Shown here piece after piece: positions 42,286 through 51,990 of a stretch of 64,000 nt of DNA. Each line of letters starts with the position of its first letter. The stretch's first letter is position 1. Made by a program: the position numbers and the translations under genes. The notes beneath the pieces were generated by a model that was given only the letters and a program-made list of their open reading frames with translations, did not search any database and was not told the origin of the DNA. The stretch lies in contig JAHHIM010000015.1 in assembly GCA_019358915.1 (NCBI GenBank), positions 34,249-98,248 on the forward strand, in the 5' to 3' direction. The DNA comes from Trichormus sp. ATA11-4-KO1. Its GTDB lineage: Bacteria > Cyanobacteriota > Cyanobacteriia > Cyanobacteriales > Nostocaceae.

Positions 42286-42945
42286 ATGGTTCAAGTTATT
42301 CCAGCACAAAATATCACCCTAACTTACTTAAAGGAAAAATTTGCTCTAGCAAAATCTGAAGAGCCGCAATTTTTTACGGAATGGTTTGACTCTTTACCTA
42401 AGATTTCTGAATTGGAAAAGCAATACTTAGATAGAGTTAAAAAGAATTATCTTAGTTTATTTGAAACTGCTCCTCTTCTAGAAGAAGCAGTCAAAATGGT
42501 AGTACTGTCTCCCTTATTAGATTTAGCTGGTTTTTATCGTTATCCCTTTCACATTGCTACAGAAGAATCTATAGAAATTAGTGAAACTATTATTATTCAC
42601 GAAGCAGAACAGGCAGAATCAGCCAAAGAAATTATTAAGGGTAAAATTGATGTACTAGTTATCCAAAAAAAGTTATGGATATTGATTATTGAATCTAAGC
42701 GTTATAGTTTTTCTTTAGCTAAAGCGATACCTCAAGCACTTACTTATATGCTAGCTGCACCTCATGCTAATTATCCTGTATATTCATTAATCATGAATGG
42801 GGAAGACTTCCAATTTATCAAAATATTAAAACAAAATAACTCAGCAATATATGCCTTATCTGATAGATTCACTTTATATAGACGCGAAAATGAATTATAT
42901 AAAGTTTTGCAAATTTTAATAAATATAGGTCAAATATTGAATTAA
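42286..42945 (+). CDS. PD-(D/E)XK nuclease-fold protein (HsdR N-terminal-like), paralog 1
   Basis: EEAVKMVVLSPLLDLAGFY, GKIDVL, IESKR, AIPQALTYM. Confidence 0.75.
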   Translation: MVQVIPAQNITLTYLKEKFALAKSEEPQFFTEWFDSLPKISELEKQYLDRVKKNYLSLFETAPLLEEAVKMVVLSPLLDLAGFYRYPFHIATEESIEISETIIIHEAEQAESAKEIIKGKIDVLVIQKKLWILIIESKRYSFSLAKAIPQALTYMLAAPHANYPVYSLIMNGEDFQFIKILKQNNSAIYALSDRFTLYRRENELYKVLQILINIGQILN

Positions 42946-42987
42946 TTATTTGTTTTCATTCACCAAAATATATCTTCTGATAAAACT

Positions 42988-43614
42988 ATGGTTCAATTTA
43001 TCCAAGCACAAAATGTTGGTATTGCCTATTTAGAAGAAAGATTTGGTCTACAGCAGACCGATGACGAGTCATTTTTTCCAGAATGGTGGGATAATTTACC
43101 GGAAATTACAGATTTAGAAAGGCAGTATTTAAACAGAGTTAAAACTAATTATCTTAGATTAGTTAAGCATCCCCCTATCTTAGAAAATGCTGTAAAAATG
43201 GTAGTATTATCTCCTTTACTAGATTTGGCAGGATTTTATGATGATCCGTTTTATTTTGCTACCGAAGAATCTATAGAACTTGCCTTAGAAGATCAAGGAA
43301 AAATTATCAGAGGGCGAATAGATGTTTTAGTTATTCAAGAACAATTTTGGTTATTGGTGATTGAATCTAAAAGGGCTAGTTTTTCTCTTTTAGAAGCTAT
43401 ACCCCAAGCACTGACTTATATGCTCGCTAATCCTCATCCAGAAAACCCTGTGTTTGGATGTGTAACTAGTGGAGAAGATTTTCAATTTATCAAGTTAATA
43501 AAACAAGATAAACCTGAGTATGCTTTGTCTGATAAATTTACTTTATCAAAGCGAGAAAATGAATTATATAAAGTCCTAAGTATTTTAAAAAACCTCAGTA
43601 AAATTTTAAGTTAA
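42988..43614 (+). CDS. PD-(D/E)XK nuclease-fold protein (HsdR N-terminal-like), paralog 2
   Basis: ENAVKMVVLSPLLDLAGFY, GRIDVL, IESKR, AIPQALTYM. Confidence 0.75.
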   Translation: MVQFIQAQNVGIAYLEERFGLQQTDDESFFPEWWDNLPEITDLERQYLNRVKTNYLRLVKHPPILENAVKMVVLSPLLDLAGFYDDPFYFATEESIELALEDQGKIIRGRIDVLVIQEQFWLLVIESKRASFSLLEAIPQALTYMLANPHPENPVFGCVTSGEDFQFIKLIKQDKPEYALSDKFTLSKRENELYKVLSILKNLSKILS

Positions 43615-43617
43615 TTT

Positions 43618-44790
43618 ATGTCTATTCGTCCTATATATCTCGATTGTCACGCTACTACGCCTGTAGATGAACGGGTATTAGCAGCGATGATTCCCTATTT
43701 TACAGAACACTTTGGCAACCCATCTAGTATTAGTCATGTCTACGGTTGGGAAGCAGAAGCGGCTGTGAAACAAACACGAGAAATTTTAGCCGCAGCTATT
43801 AATGCTACTCCAGAAGAAATTGTTTTCACAAGTGGGGCAACAGAGGCTAATAATTTAGCGATTAAAGGTGTGGCTGAAGCTTATTTTCAAAAAGGACAGC
43901 ATATTATTACTGTGGCGACAGAACATAGTGCAGTTCTCGACCCTTGTCATTATTTAAAATCACTAGGTTTTGATATTACTATTCTCCCAGTTCAAAAAGA
44001 TGGAATAATTGATTTAACTGAGTTAGAAAAAGCCTTTCGCCCCGAAACAATTTTGGTGTCGGTAATGGCTGCCAATAATGAAATTGGTGTATTGCAACCG
44101 TTGGCAGAAATTGGGGAAATGTGCCGAGAAAGCAAGATAATTTTCCACACCGATGCAGCCCAAGCTATTGGTAAAATTCCCTTGGATGTCCAAGCGATGA
44201 AAATCGACTTGATGTCGCTGACTGCACATAAAGTATACGGGCCAAAGGGGGTCGGGGCTTTGTATGTTCGCAGACGTAACCCCAGAGTCCAACTAGCGCC
44301 ACAACAGCATGGCGGTGGACATGAACGAGGAATGCGTTCTGGAACTTTGTACACACCACAAATTGTCGGTTTTGGGAAAGCTGTAGAAATAGGTTTAGCA
44401 GAACAAGAGGTAGAAAACCAACGCCTCACCGAACTCAGACAAAGACTATGGGAGAAACTTTCGCAATTATCAGGAATACACCTCAATGGACATCCCACCC
44501 AGCGATTAGCAGGAAACTTGAATATCAGTGTTGAGGGAGTGGATGGTGCAGCACTGTTGTTAGGATTACAACCAGTCATGGCAGTATCTTCTGGTTCTGC
44601 TTGTTCCTCAGCCACCACAGCACCCTCCCACGTTCTCACAGCTTTGGAACACCCAGAACAACTAGCTTATGCTTCAGTGCGATTTGGTATAGGAAGATTT
44701 AATACTGCTGAGGAAATAGACACAGTAGCACAGCAGGTAATTTCTACTGTCCAAAGTTTACAGCATAGTACAGCAATATCTGGAAAATAA
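43618..44790 (+). CDS. iscS: Cysteine desulfurase (IscS/NifS class I)
   Basis: YLDCHATTP, TSGATEANN, HTDAAQ, AHKVYGPKG, RSGT, SSGSACSS. Confidence 0.9.
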   Translation: MSIRPIYLDCHATTPVDERVLAAMIPYFTEHFGNPSSISHVYGWEAEAAVKQTREILAAAINATPEEIVFTSGATEANNLAIKGVAEAYFQKGQHIITVATEHSAVLDPCHYLKSLGFDITILPVQKDGIIDLTELEKAFRPETILVSVMAANNEIGVLQPLAEIGEMCRESKIIFHTDAAQAIGKIPLDVQAMKIDLMSLTAHKVYGPKGVGALYVRRRNPRVQLAPQQHGGGHERGMRSGTLYTPQIVGFGKAVEIGLAEQEVENQRLTELRQRLWEKLSQLSGIHLNGHPTQRLAGNLNISVEGVDGAALLLGLQPVMAVSSGSACSSATTAPSHVLTALEHPEQLAYASVRFGIGRFNTAEEIDTVAQQVISTVQSLQHSTAISGK

Positions 44791-44889
44791 AATTATATCC
44801 GTTGTTAATCCAAAAGCGGGCAAGATGCCCGCTCTACAAGAGGGTAAGAGAAAAATTACGGCTTTTTCCAACTTGCTTCCAGTTCCCAA

Positions 44890-45939
44890 TTAATAAGGAT
44901 CTGAACTAAACCTTCCCCGGTTCACGCTCCTGAGATAATAACCTCTGGTCGGTAGATTCCTTAAGTTGAAGGTATCACCACGAGGAACTCGCCAAATTTT
45001 GTAGTCAGAAAATGTCAACGGAGTTCGGGGTTTGCATACTTCTGGTGGATGATCTCCCAGAACAAAATATGCCGCACCCCTACCCATGACTTTCGCCATG
45101 CCGTATTTATCGACAACAACCGATGTTTCTTCGCTAATGGCTATCCCTAAAGCGCTTTTCGATACGCCATCTTGAATTTGACGGGCAATGAAAGCCATTA
45201 TTCGACCCATTCTTTTGCGGCTGTCAAAATGAGTATCAATGATGGTTCCTCTCAAATGACTCCACGGGAAAAAGTTATAAGAAAAAGTAATGTCTCTATA
45301 GGGATCTTCGAGGGCTTGTTTAGTTTCAATGCCTTCTTCGGAAGAAGCACAAGCATCATAGACATAATCACTTTGGATCATTGCACCTGCACTGGTGCCG
45401 CCAATACCACCGCCTTTGGCATAAACTGACTTCACGGCAGTTTCCAACTTGGTGTTTTTCCAACTGCGAATGTATTCACACTGGTCACCACCAGCAAAAA
45501 AAATCACATCAGCATTTCTGACTTTCTCAACAATATCAGGTCTGTTTGCATCTTGCCTATTACTAATGATGAGAGTCTCGACAAAGTTCACTCCCTTCAT
45601 GCCATAAATTAGCCGATTGTAATCATCACTACCGTAAGTGCGAATCACTACAACATTAACTTTGATGGAGTAACTAGTAGGTCCCCTAACTTGATTAATC
45701 ATCCATTGGATAGCCTCCTCGACATCAGGCCCACCCCCACCCAAGATGTGTACAGGTCCCGCTAAGGGATTAAATAAGGAGGGACGGATATCGAATGTTT
45801 TGTCTGGGAAGTCAGGTTTCAGGTATGCTGTAAGACGGGTGATGATTGAGGCTCCCATCTTCATCAACTTGGTTCCTACAGTCTTTAACCACTTTGCTAT
45901 GCTTGGGAATACCTTTGTCATACTAAGCTGCTGGTGCAA
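44890..45939 (-). CDS. Cyanophycinase-like peptidase (family S51)
   Basis: FFAGGDQ, GGTSAGA nucleophile elbow, IDTHFDSRKRMGR, GIAISEET. Confidence 0.82.
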   Translation of the reverse strand: MHQQLSMTKVFPSIAKWLKTVGTKLMKMGASIITRLTAYLKPDFPDKTFDIRPSLFNPLAGPVHILGGGGPDVEEAIQWMINQVRGPTSYSIKVNVVVIRTYGSDDYNRLIYGMKGVNFVETLIISNRQDANRPDIVEKVRNADVIFFAGGDQCEYIRSWKNTKLETAVKSVYAKGGGIGGTSAGAMIQSDYVYDACASSEEGIETKQALEDPYRDITFSYNFFPWSHLRGTIIDTHFDSRKRMGRIMAFIARQIQDGVSKSALGIAISEETSVVVDKYGMAKVMGRGAAYFVLGDHPPEVCKPRTPLTFSDYKIWRVPRGDTFNLRNLPTRGYYLRSVNRGRFSSDPY

Positions 45940-46083
45940 ACCACGATTATTGCTAACTCTCTCACCATAAAGGGTGAAATTTCCAGCGTACAGGCTTTGT
46001 ACTGTTTTTTAACGCCAAATAACGCAGAGTAATCATTAGTTCTCTGCGTCATGTGACGAAAATCTCCGCGTTGCTTGTCAGTT

Positions 46084-47274
46084 TTAAAGCCACACAATTC
46101 GCGATCGCTCTTGCACGACTTGCTGATAAACTTGTTCTGTTTGCTTGGCTAATTTTTTCCAGTTGAAGCGTTGCGCCAAATCTTTGTAAGCATTATCAAT
46201 TAACCATTGCCGATAACCAGGATGTTGCAAAACCTCTAAAATTCCCCAAGCGAGAGAATCAGCATTGTTTGCCCAAGTCACAATGCCAGTTTTAGTATGT
46301 TGCACTACTTCTGGAAAACCGCCTGTATCAGAAACCACGACGGGAACGCGAGAAGCAAAGCTTTCTAAAGCCACAATACCAAAGGGTTCATAAAGACTAG
46401 GAAAGACGGCACAGTCAGCAATGGTTTGGAATTTATCTAAATATGTATCAGAGAGAAAACCAGTAAAATAACACTTGTGCCAAATTCCCAAATCCCCAGC
46501 TTGACGCTTGAGATGATCAGTATTGCCGCCACCAATGATCACAAATTTAACATTACCTGCCATAGCCCAAAGCACTTTGGGTGCAGCATTAATTAATACA
46601 GAAACACCCTTCTCGTATGTCATGCGACCAACATAATAAACAATTTTTTCATAGTCTTCAGCAAACTGGCGGCGAAAATCTTGAGCATGAAAATCTTTGT
46701 GGTGCTGTTTCTTTTCTGGTCGAATACCGTTATAAATAACATCTATTTTATTACCAGGACTGTGTAGCGTTCGTTCTACTTCTCGGCGCATATAATTAGT
46801 ACAAACAATAATCCGCCAAGCGTTGTCAGCTAATAAGCTTTCTTTGTGATGAATATAGCCTTGAGTCTCTGTGTGGATACCGTTGTAGCGTCCATATTCA
46901 GTAGCGTGAATTGTCGCAATTAGGGGAATTTTGAAGTTATGCTTCAAGGCGATCGCTGCATCCCCTACTAACCAATCATGGGCATGAATTAAATCAAACG
47001 ACCCTTCTTCCAAAATTAACTTACCACCGTGATGTCCCATACTCTGGTTAAGATTGACTACCCAATGGAAAAAGTCGTTACTATGGGCAACTGGTACTCG
47101 ATGCACTTGTATTCCCTCGACTACCTCATACATCGATGCCTGACCAAACTCTGCTGTAATCAGGTGAATTTCATGTCCTAGCTTGACTAGTTCTGGATAT
47201 AACTCCGCCACATGACGAGAAATTCCGCCAACTATCCTCGGTGGAAACTCCCAACTCAGTACCAGTATCTTCAT
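46084..47274 (-). CDS. GT4 glycosyltransferase
   Basis: WEFPPRIVGG, HAHDW, VGRMTYEKG, YEPFGIVALE. Confidence 0.9.
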   Translation of the reverse strand: MKILVLSWEFPPRIVGGISRHVAELYPELVKLGHEIHLITAEFGQASMYEVVEGIQVHRVPVAHSNDFFHWVVNLNQSMGHHGGKLILEEGSFDLIHAHDWLVGDAAIALKHNFKIPLIATIHATEYGRYNGIHTETQGYIHHKESLLADNAWRIIVCTNYMRREVERTLHSPGNKIDVIYNGIRPEKKQHHKDFHAQDFRRQFAEDYEKIVYYVGRMTYEKGVSVLINAAPKVLWAMAGNVKFVIIGGGNTDHLKRQAGDLGIWHKCYFTGFLSDTYLDKFQTIADCAVFPSLYEPFGIVALESFASRVPVVVSDTGGFPEVVQHTKTGIVTWANNADSLAWGILEVLQHPGYRQWLIDNAYKDLAQRFNWKKLAKQTEQVYQQVVQERSRIVWL

Positions 47275-47535
47275 ATATTTAGACTCTCCAATACTTTATA
47301 AATATCTAAAAAACTATATTTATCTAAAAATACAAGGGTAGTAATTGTAGTGAGTATGTTTACTACAATTTTTAAATTTTTTAACAATTTTTTGAGCAAG
47401 CTGATCAATCAAAATAACACAACCATTGAAAGACGAGAAAAATTTTTCAGCTTTTTAGCATGGTTTTAATTTCATCACATCAACAATTTTTCCACCTTGA
47501 CTATATGATGATGACTTCAACCGCAAGCAGGGGGA

Positions 47536-47750
47536 CTAGTACCGGCCGTGAAGTCAAAAGGCTTTTATTTGGAGCATTGGAGCTTTTTCAAAGGGTATCC
47601 CTATTGACGCCGCAGAGTACTAGAGACTAGCTCTTGCCCGGTGGGTCAGATTTTGACACAATAATTCGGCTCTTCTCTGTGTTCTCTGTGACTCTGCGGT
47701 TAAATTAATTACTTTTCAACCTCAGAGACACAGAGGTCGCAGAGAGAAAA
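47536..47750. repeat. Intergenic repeat cluster: CTAGTAC...GTACTAG short element (47536-47623) and a CTCTGTG/CACAGAG hairpin
   Basis: 7-bp perfect inverted ends; imperfect long hairpin at about 47672-47747. Confidence 0.5.
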
Positions 47751-47786
47751 AAGAGATTTTTCGAGAAGTCCTTGTACAAGAAGCGA

Positions 47787-49148
47787 TTATCTCTTAGGAA
47801 TCTTAACTGTAAATGTTGTTCCCATTTCCACTTCACTTTCTAGAAAAATTTGCCCTTGATGAATATCTACACACTTTTTCACAACAGCTAATCCTAATCC
47901 TGTACCAACAATATTCCTGACATTATCAGCCCGATAAAAAGGCTCAAATAGCTCTTGATAAGATTCTGAAGGAATCCCAATTCCTTGGTCTTTAATTTGA
48001 AAAATGACGACATCCGTTTCACAACTTAAAATAAACTGAATAATTCCACCCCGAGGCGAATACTTGATGGCATTTGAGAGTAAATTACTGAGAATTGAAT
48101 AAAGTAAATTTTCGTCTAACCTGGCATGGATACATTGACCACGGCTAATAAATTTAATTGCAGGCTGTGGTTTACTACAAAACTGAATATCTTCAATCAA
48201 ATTGAGACAGAAAGATTCCAAATCCAAAAGGTCTGGATTGAATTCTAATTTTCCTGCCTCCGCCCTAGCAAAGGTGAGAATATCAGTTAATAATTGATTC
48301 ATCGAGCGGGCTGAGGACTGGATACGATGCAAGTTTTTGAGTTTCTTAGCTTCAGTCCATTGCTGGCTACTCTCTGCCAAAAGTTGAGCCGAACCTAAAA
48401 TAATGCTGAGGGGAGTACGAAATTCATGGGAAACCATGGAGAAAAAGCGCAGTTTGAGTTCACTGAGTTCGTTTTCCTGGGCTAAAATGCGCTGGAGTGT
48501 TTCTGCTTTTTGGCGCTCGAGCATTTGTCGATAGAGCAGAGCAAAAGTACCCAACAGAATACCAAAGCTCAAAATAGTACTGAGGAGTTCTATAAACATT
48601 CGATAGCGGGTGCTGGATTGAGATTGTTGTACCCAAAGTTTTAAGAACTGCTCCTCACTGGCATGTATTTCGGTAATAATCTGCTGAATTTCCTGTCGGT
48701 TCTTCAGACTTTGCTCCCGGAGGAGAGCCTGATTCTTTGTTGCTGATGGGTCTTGCTGATACAAGCTAACGGACTGTTCAGATAAAGACAACCTTTGAGC
48801 AATTAAAGGTTTCAGAATTACCAACCTTTGTTTTTGCTCAGGTTCGTCAGCAATCCATTGCCTGAGTTGCTTGACTTTAGGATCAATGCTTTGAATAGCA
48901 CGGTGATAACGCTGTAACTCTTTTTGGTCTGCAAATAGTAGGTAACCCCGTCGTCCAGATTCGGCATCTACCAGACTGGCAAAGATATCTGTGACAATAT
49001 TGAGAATTTTGCGGGTGCGCTGTACCTTGGCTGCACTTTCAATCAATTGACTAGCATTTTGGTAAGATATAAAGCTGGCAAGACCTGTCAGCAGCAATGC
49101 CAAACTAAACCCCCCGGCAATCCATTTTCCTTTAAAAGACCATTTCAT
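47787..49148 (-). CDS. CHASE3-type sensor histidine kinase
   Basis: Two TM segments, DAESGRRGYLL, SHEFRTPL, NLLSNAIKYS, GTGLGL. Confidence 0.9.
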   Translation of the reverse strand: MKWSFKGKWIAGGFSLALLLTGLASFISYQNASQLIESAAKVQRTRKILNIVTDIFASLVDAESGRRGYLLFADQKELQRYHRAIQSIDPKVKQLRQWIADEPEQKQRLVILKPLIAQRLSLSEQSVSLYQQDPSATKNQALLREQSLKNRQEIQQIITEIHASEEQFLKLWVQQSQSSTRYRMFIELLSTILSFGILLGTFALLYRQMLERQKAETLQRILAQENELSELKLRFFSMVSHEFRTPLSIILGSAQLLAESSQQWTEAKKLKNLHRIQSSARSMNQLLTDILTFARAEAGKLEFNPDLLDLESFCLNLIEDIQFCSKPQPAIKFISRGQCIHARLDENLLYSILSNLLSNAIKYSPRGGIIQFILSCETDVVIFQIKDQGIGIPSESYQELFEPFYRADNVRNIVGTGLGLAVVKKCVDIHQGQIFLESEVEMGTTFTVKIPKR

Positions 49149-49279
49149 AGAGAGTTATACCAATTTAAATTCAATCAAGCCGAGAGGTAACACAAAATGG
49201 CACGGATGAGAAATTTATTACTACTCTTATAGCCAAACTGTAGCTGCTTTCTATTTCTGAGATCAGGAGTGTTTTAGCA

Positions 49280-49957
49280 ATGCGTATTTTGGTTGTAGAG
49301 GATGATGTGCAGTTGGCGGAAATGTTGACAGAAGCACTTGCAGACCGTCAGTATGTGGTGGATGTGGTGCAAAATGGTGAATCTGCCTGGGATTGGGTGC
49401 AAACTCTAGAATATGACTTGATTGTGCTAGATTTAACTTTACCCAAACTAGACGGTGTGAGTTTTTGCCAACGATTGCGAGAACGTAATTCTACTTTGCC
49501 CGTGCTAATGTTAACTGCTCGCGACACCCTTGCAGATAAGATTACTGGTTTGGATGCTGGGGCAGATGATTACATGGTAAAACCATTTGAGATGCCAGAG
49601 TTAATGGCGCGAATTCGGGCGCTGCTGCGTCGAGGTAGTTCTACAGAGTCGTCTGGTTTGTCTTGGGGGTGTTTGTACCTTAATCCGAGTACCTATGAAG
49701 TGATTTATGAAAATCGGCCTCTGCACCTAACTCCTAAAGAATATGCGCTTCTGGAACTGCTGGTTTCTAATGGTCGTCGTGTACTCAGTCGAGGCGGGAT
49801 TATTGAGCGAATTTGGTCTTTGGAAGATCCACCCAGTGAGGAAACTGTCAAGTCACATATCAAAGGATTGCGACAAAAACTCAGGGATGTCGGTGCTACT
49901 GATGATTTGATTGAGACGGTTCACGGACTGGGTTATCGCCTGAAGCAGCTTGAGTAA
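49280..49957 (+). CDS. OmpR-family response regulator
   Basis: ILVVEDD, LDLTLP, GADDYMVKPF, LTPKEY, IETVHGLGYRL. Confidence 0.93.
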   Translation: MRILVVEDDVQLAEMLTEALADRQYVVDVVQNGESAWDWVQTLEYDLIVLDLTLPKLDGVSFCQRLRERNSTLPVLMLTARDTLADKITGLDAGADDYMVKPFEMPELMARIRALLRRGSSTESSGLSWGCLYLNPSTYEVIYENRPLHLTPKEYALLELLVSNGRRVLSRGGIIERIWSLEDPPSEETVKSHIKGLRQKLRDVGATDDLIETVHGLGYRLKQLE

Positions 49958-49970
49958 GCCAACAAAATCA

Positions 49971-51518
49971 ATGACTCAAAAACGTATTCGACAACCATCA
50001 AACCTGATTCGGTCTAGGGTTACCAAAATTTTCATTGCTTTTATTCTCAGCTTATTATTCATAGTTGCGCCTGCTCAAGCAACAGAGCAAGCGCCTGTTA
50101 GTATTGATGGTCGTCTGCTGTTTCAAGTCGGTAGTTCTGAACAATTTACTGCCAGAGAACGGGCAAATTTGATTAACTTACGGCTGCGTCAAATTGTCAC
50201 ATCTCAGGAACAAGTCCAGGTAACAAGTGAGGAACGTAATAAATCGCAAATTATTTTGGTGAATCAGCAATACCTGCTGACTGTCACCCAGGCAGATGTG
50301 TTAGATGGTAAAACTTTACAAGCACAAGCACAAGTCTGGGTTGAGCAACTAAGTCAGGTGTTGCAACAAGCTCAGAGAGAGCGGAGTGCTGGGTTTATTC
50401 GTAACGCGCTGCTGCTGAGTGCTGGCGTTTTAGTGATAGCAACTGCCTTTCACAAATTCTTGGGATGGCTATGGAAACATTTCCAACAAGAAATCTTGCG
50501 ACGGTTACCTGCATATCCAGAGGAAACAGATGTAGATTCTAGTTCATTCAAAGCACTAGATTTACTATTCAGTTTTACTTTGATGGCGGCGCGGATTTGG
50601 CTTTGGGTTACTGTATCCCTCTACATTACAAATTTATTTCCTATCAGTCGAATTTGGAGCTATCGTCTTGCTAATCAATTGATTCAAAGCTTGACATCTC
50701 CCATCTTGACCTTGGGTCAAAGTCAATATTCTGTTATTTATTTGTTGGTCTTGTTGGCATTGCTACTAGGACTGATGATTTTGGCAGGTGCTGTGACTAA
50801 CCTTTTGAGAACCCGCATTTTGCAATTAACTGGTATGGATCGGGGCGCTCAAGAAGCGATCGCTATCATCACCAAATATACGATTATTATCATTGGTGCA
50901 ATTGTTTTGCTACAAGTCTGGGGACTAGATTTAAGTTCACTGACAATTTTGGCAAGTGCTTTGGGGGTGGGGATTGGCTTTGGTTTTCAGGACATCGCCA
51001 AAAATTTTGGCAGTGGTTTGATTTTGCTGTTTGAACGCCCGATTCAGGTGGGCGATTTTGTCCAAGTTGGTGAAATAGAGGGCACAGTTGAGCGCATTGG
51101 TGGCCGTAGTACCTTAATCCGCACTGTAGACCAAATTTCAATTATTGTGCCTAATTCTCGATTTTTGGAAGATCAAGTAATTAATTGGAGCTATAAAAAT
51201 CCGGTTTCGCGGCTACGAATTCCCGTTGGTGTTGCCTACGATTCTGATATTAGTGTTGTTAAAGCAGCGTTGCTAGAAGCTGCTAAAGAGCAGACTGGAG
51301 TTTTGTCAGTTCCCACGCCGACGATTTTCTTCATTGGGTTTGGAGATAGTTCGCTTAATTTTGTACTGCTTGTCTGGACTGCTAAACCTCATCAACAATA
51401 CCTCATTAAAAGTAATTTGTATTTTCGCATTGAAGAACTTTTCAGGCAGTACCATATCCGAATTCCTTTTCCTCAACGGGATTTGCACATCCGCTCTAGC
51501 AATTTTCCTTTGGAGTAG
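49971..51518 (+). CDS. MscS-family mechanosensitive channel with periplasmic N-domain
   Basis: GVGIGFGFQD, FERPIQVGD, IIVPNS, VGVAYDSD, IPFPQRDLH. ATG at 49971 is preferred over TTG at 49950. Confidence 0.9.
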   Translation: MTQKRIRQPSNLIRSRVTKIFIAFILSLLFIVAPAQATEQAPVSIDGRLLFQVGSSEQFTARERANLINLRLRQIVTSQEQVQVTSEERNKSQIILVNQQYLLTVTQADVLDGKTLQAQAQVWVEQLSQVLQQAQRERSAGFIRNALLLSAGVLVIATAFHKFLGWLWKHFQQEILRRLPAYPEETDVDSSSFKALDLLFSFTLMAARIWLWVTVSLYITNLFPISRIWSYRLANQLIQSLTSPILTLGQSQYSVIYLLVLLALLLGLMILAGAVTNLLRTRILQLTGMDRGAQEAIAIITKYTIIIIGAIVLLQVWGLDLSSLTILASALGVGIGFGFQDIAKNFGSGLILLFERPIQVGDFVQVGEIEGTVERIGGRSTLIRTVDQISIIVPNSRFLEDQVINWSYKNPVSRLRIPVGVAYDSDISVVKAALLEAAKEQTGVLSVPTPTIFFIGFGDSSLNFVLLVWTAKPHQQYLIKSNLYFRIEELFRQYHIRIPFPQRDLHIRSSNFPLE

Positions 51519-51601
51519 GGCTTTTCACTGCGTTTAACCCAACGAAGCATCTGTCACATTCCTTTCGGGAATTGGTATCAGTCTACCAGATGAACGCTCT
51601 A

Positions 51602-51634
51602 CCCGATTTTTGCCCGATTTTTGCCCACTTTTTC
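51602..51634 (+). promoter_or_regulatory. Three 11-bp direct repeats, candidate OmpR-type operator
   Basis: CCCGATTTTTG CCCGATTTTTG CCCACTTTTTC, upstream of 51790 and 51991. Confidence 0.5.
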
Positions 51635-51789
51635 AACTTCTAAAAAGTACTTTAAGAGTATCAGTTAATTTTTTGACTATTGCCAACGCAGTAGTTCATT
51701 GAGAAAACTTTGCAGAATATCAGAAAATTTGGGAAAAAGAAAAAAATCTTGCCCCACTCCCTATTCCCTTGCAATTGAGGTAAATCGGC

Positions 51790-51939
51790 ATGTCTCAAGA
51801 TGTGAAAATCGCTATTCCTAATTTAGTTTTGACAAGTGAGCAATATCGGAAACTGAAAATTTACGCAGCAAAAAAGACAGTATCTATCAATCAAATTATC
51901 CAACAACTGATTGATTCTCTACCAGAAAAACCCAGGTAA
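51790..51939 (+). CDS. Small ribbon-helix-helix (CopG-like) protein, 49 aa, absent from the ORF track
   Basis: MSQDVKIAIPNLVLTSEQYRKLKIYAAKKTVSINQIIQQLIDSLPEKPR*; GAGG at 51777-51780; beta-helix-helix pattern. Confidence 0.7.
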   Translation: MSQDVKIAIPNLVLTSEQYRKLKIYAAKKTVSINQIIQQLIDSLPEKPR

Positions 51940-51990
51940 ATTAGCAAAGTTTATGCAGGCTAATAACATCTGGAGTTTTTAAAATAAAAT

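Noticed and set aside
42286..44790. Phosphorothioation (Dnd/Ssp) or type I restriction-modification system suggested by nucleases next to iscS
   Set aside because: No dndBCDE, ssp, hsdM or hsdS genes and no helicase domain in the window.
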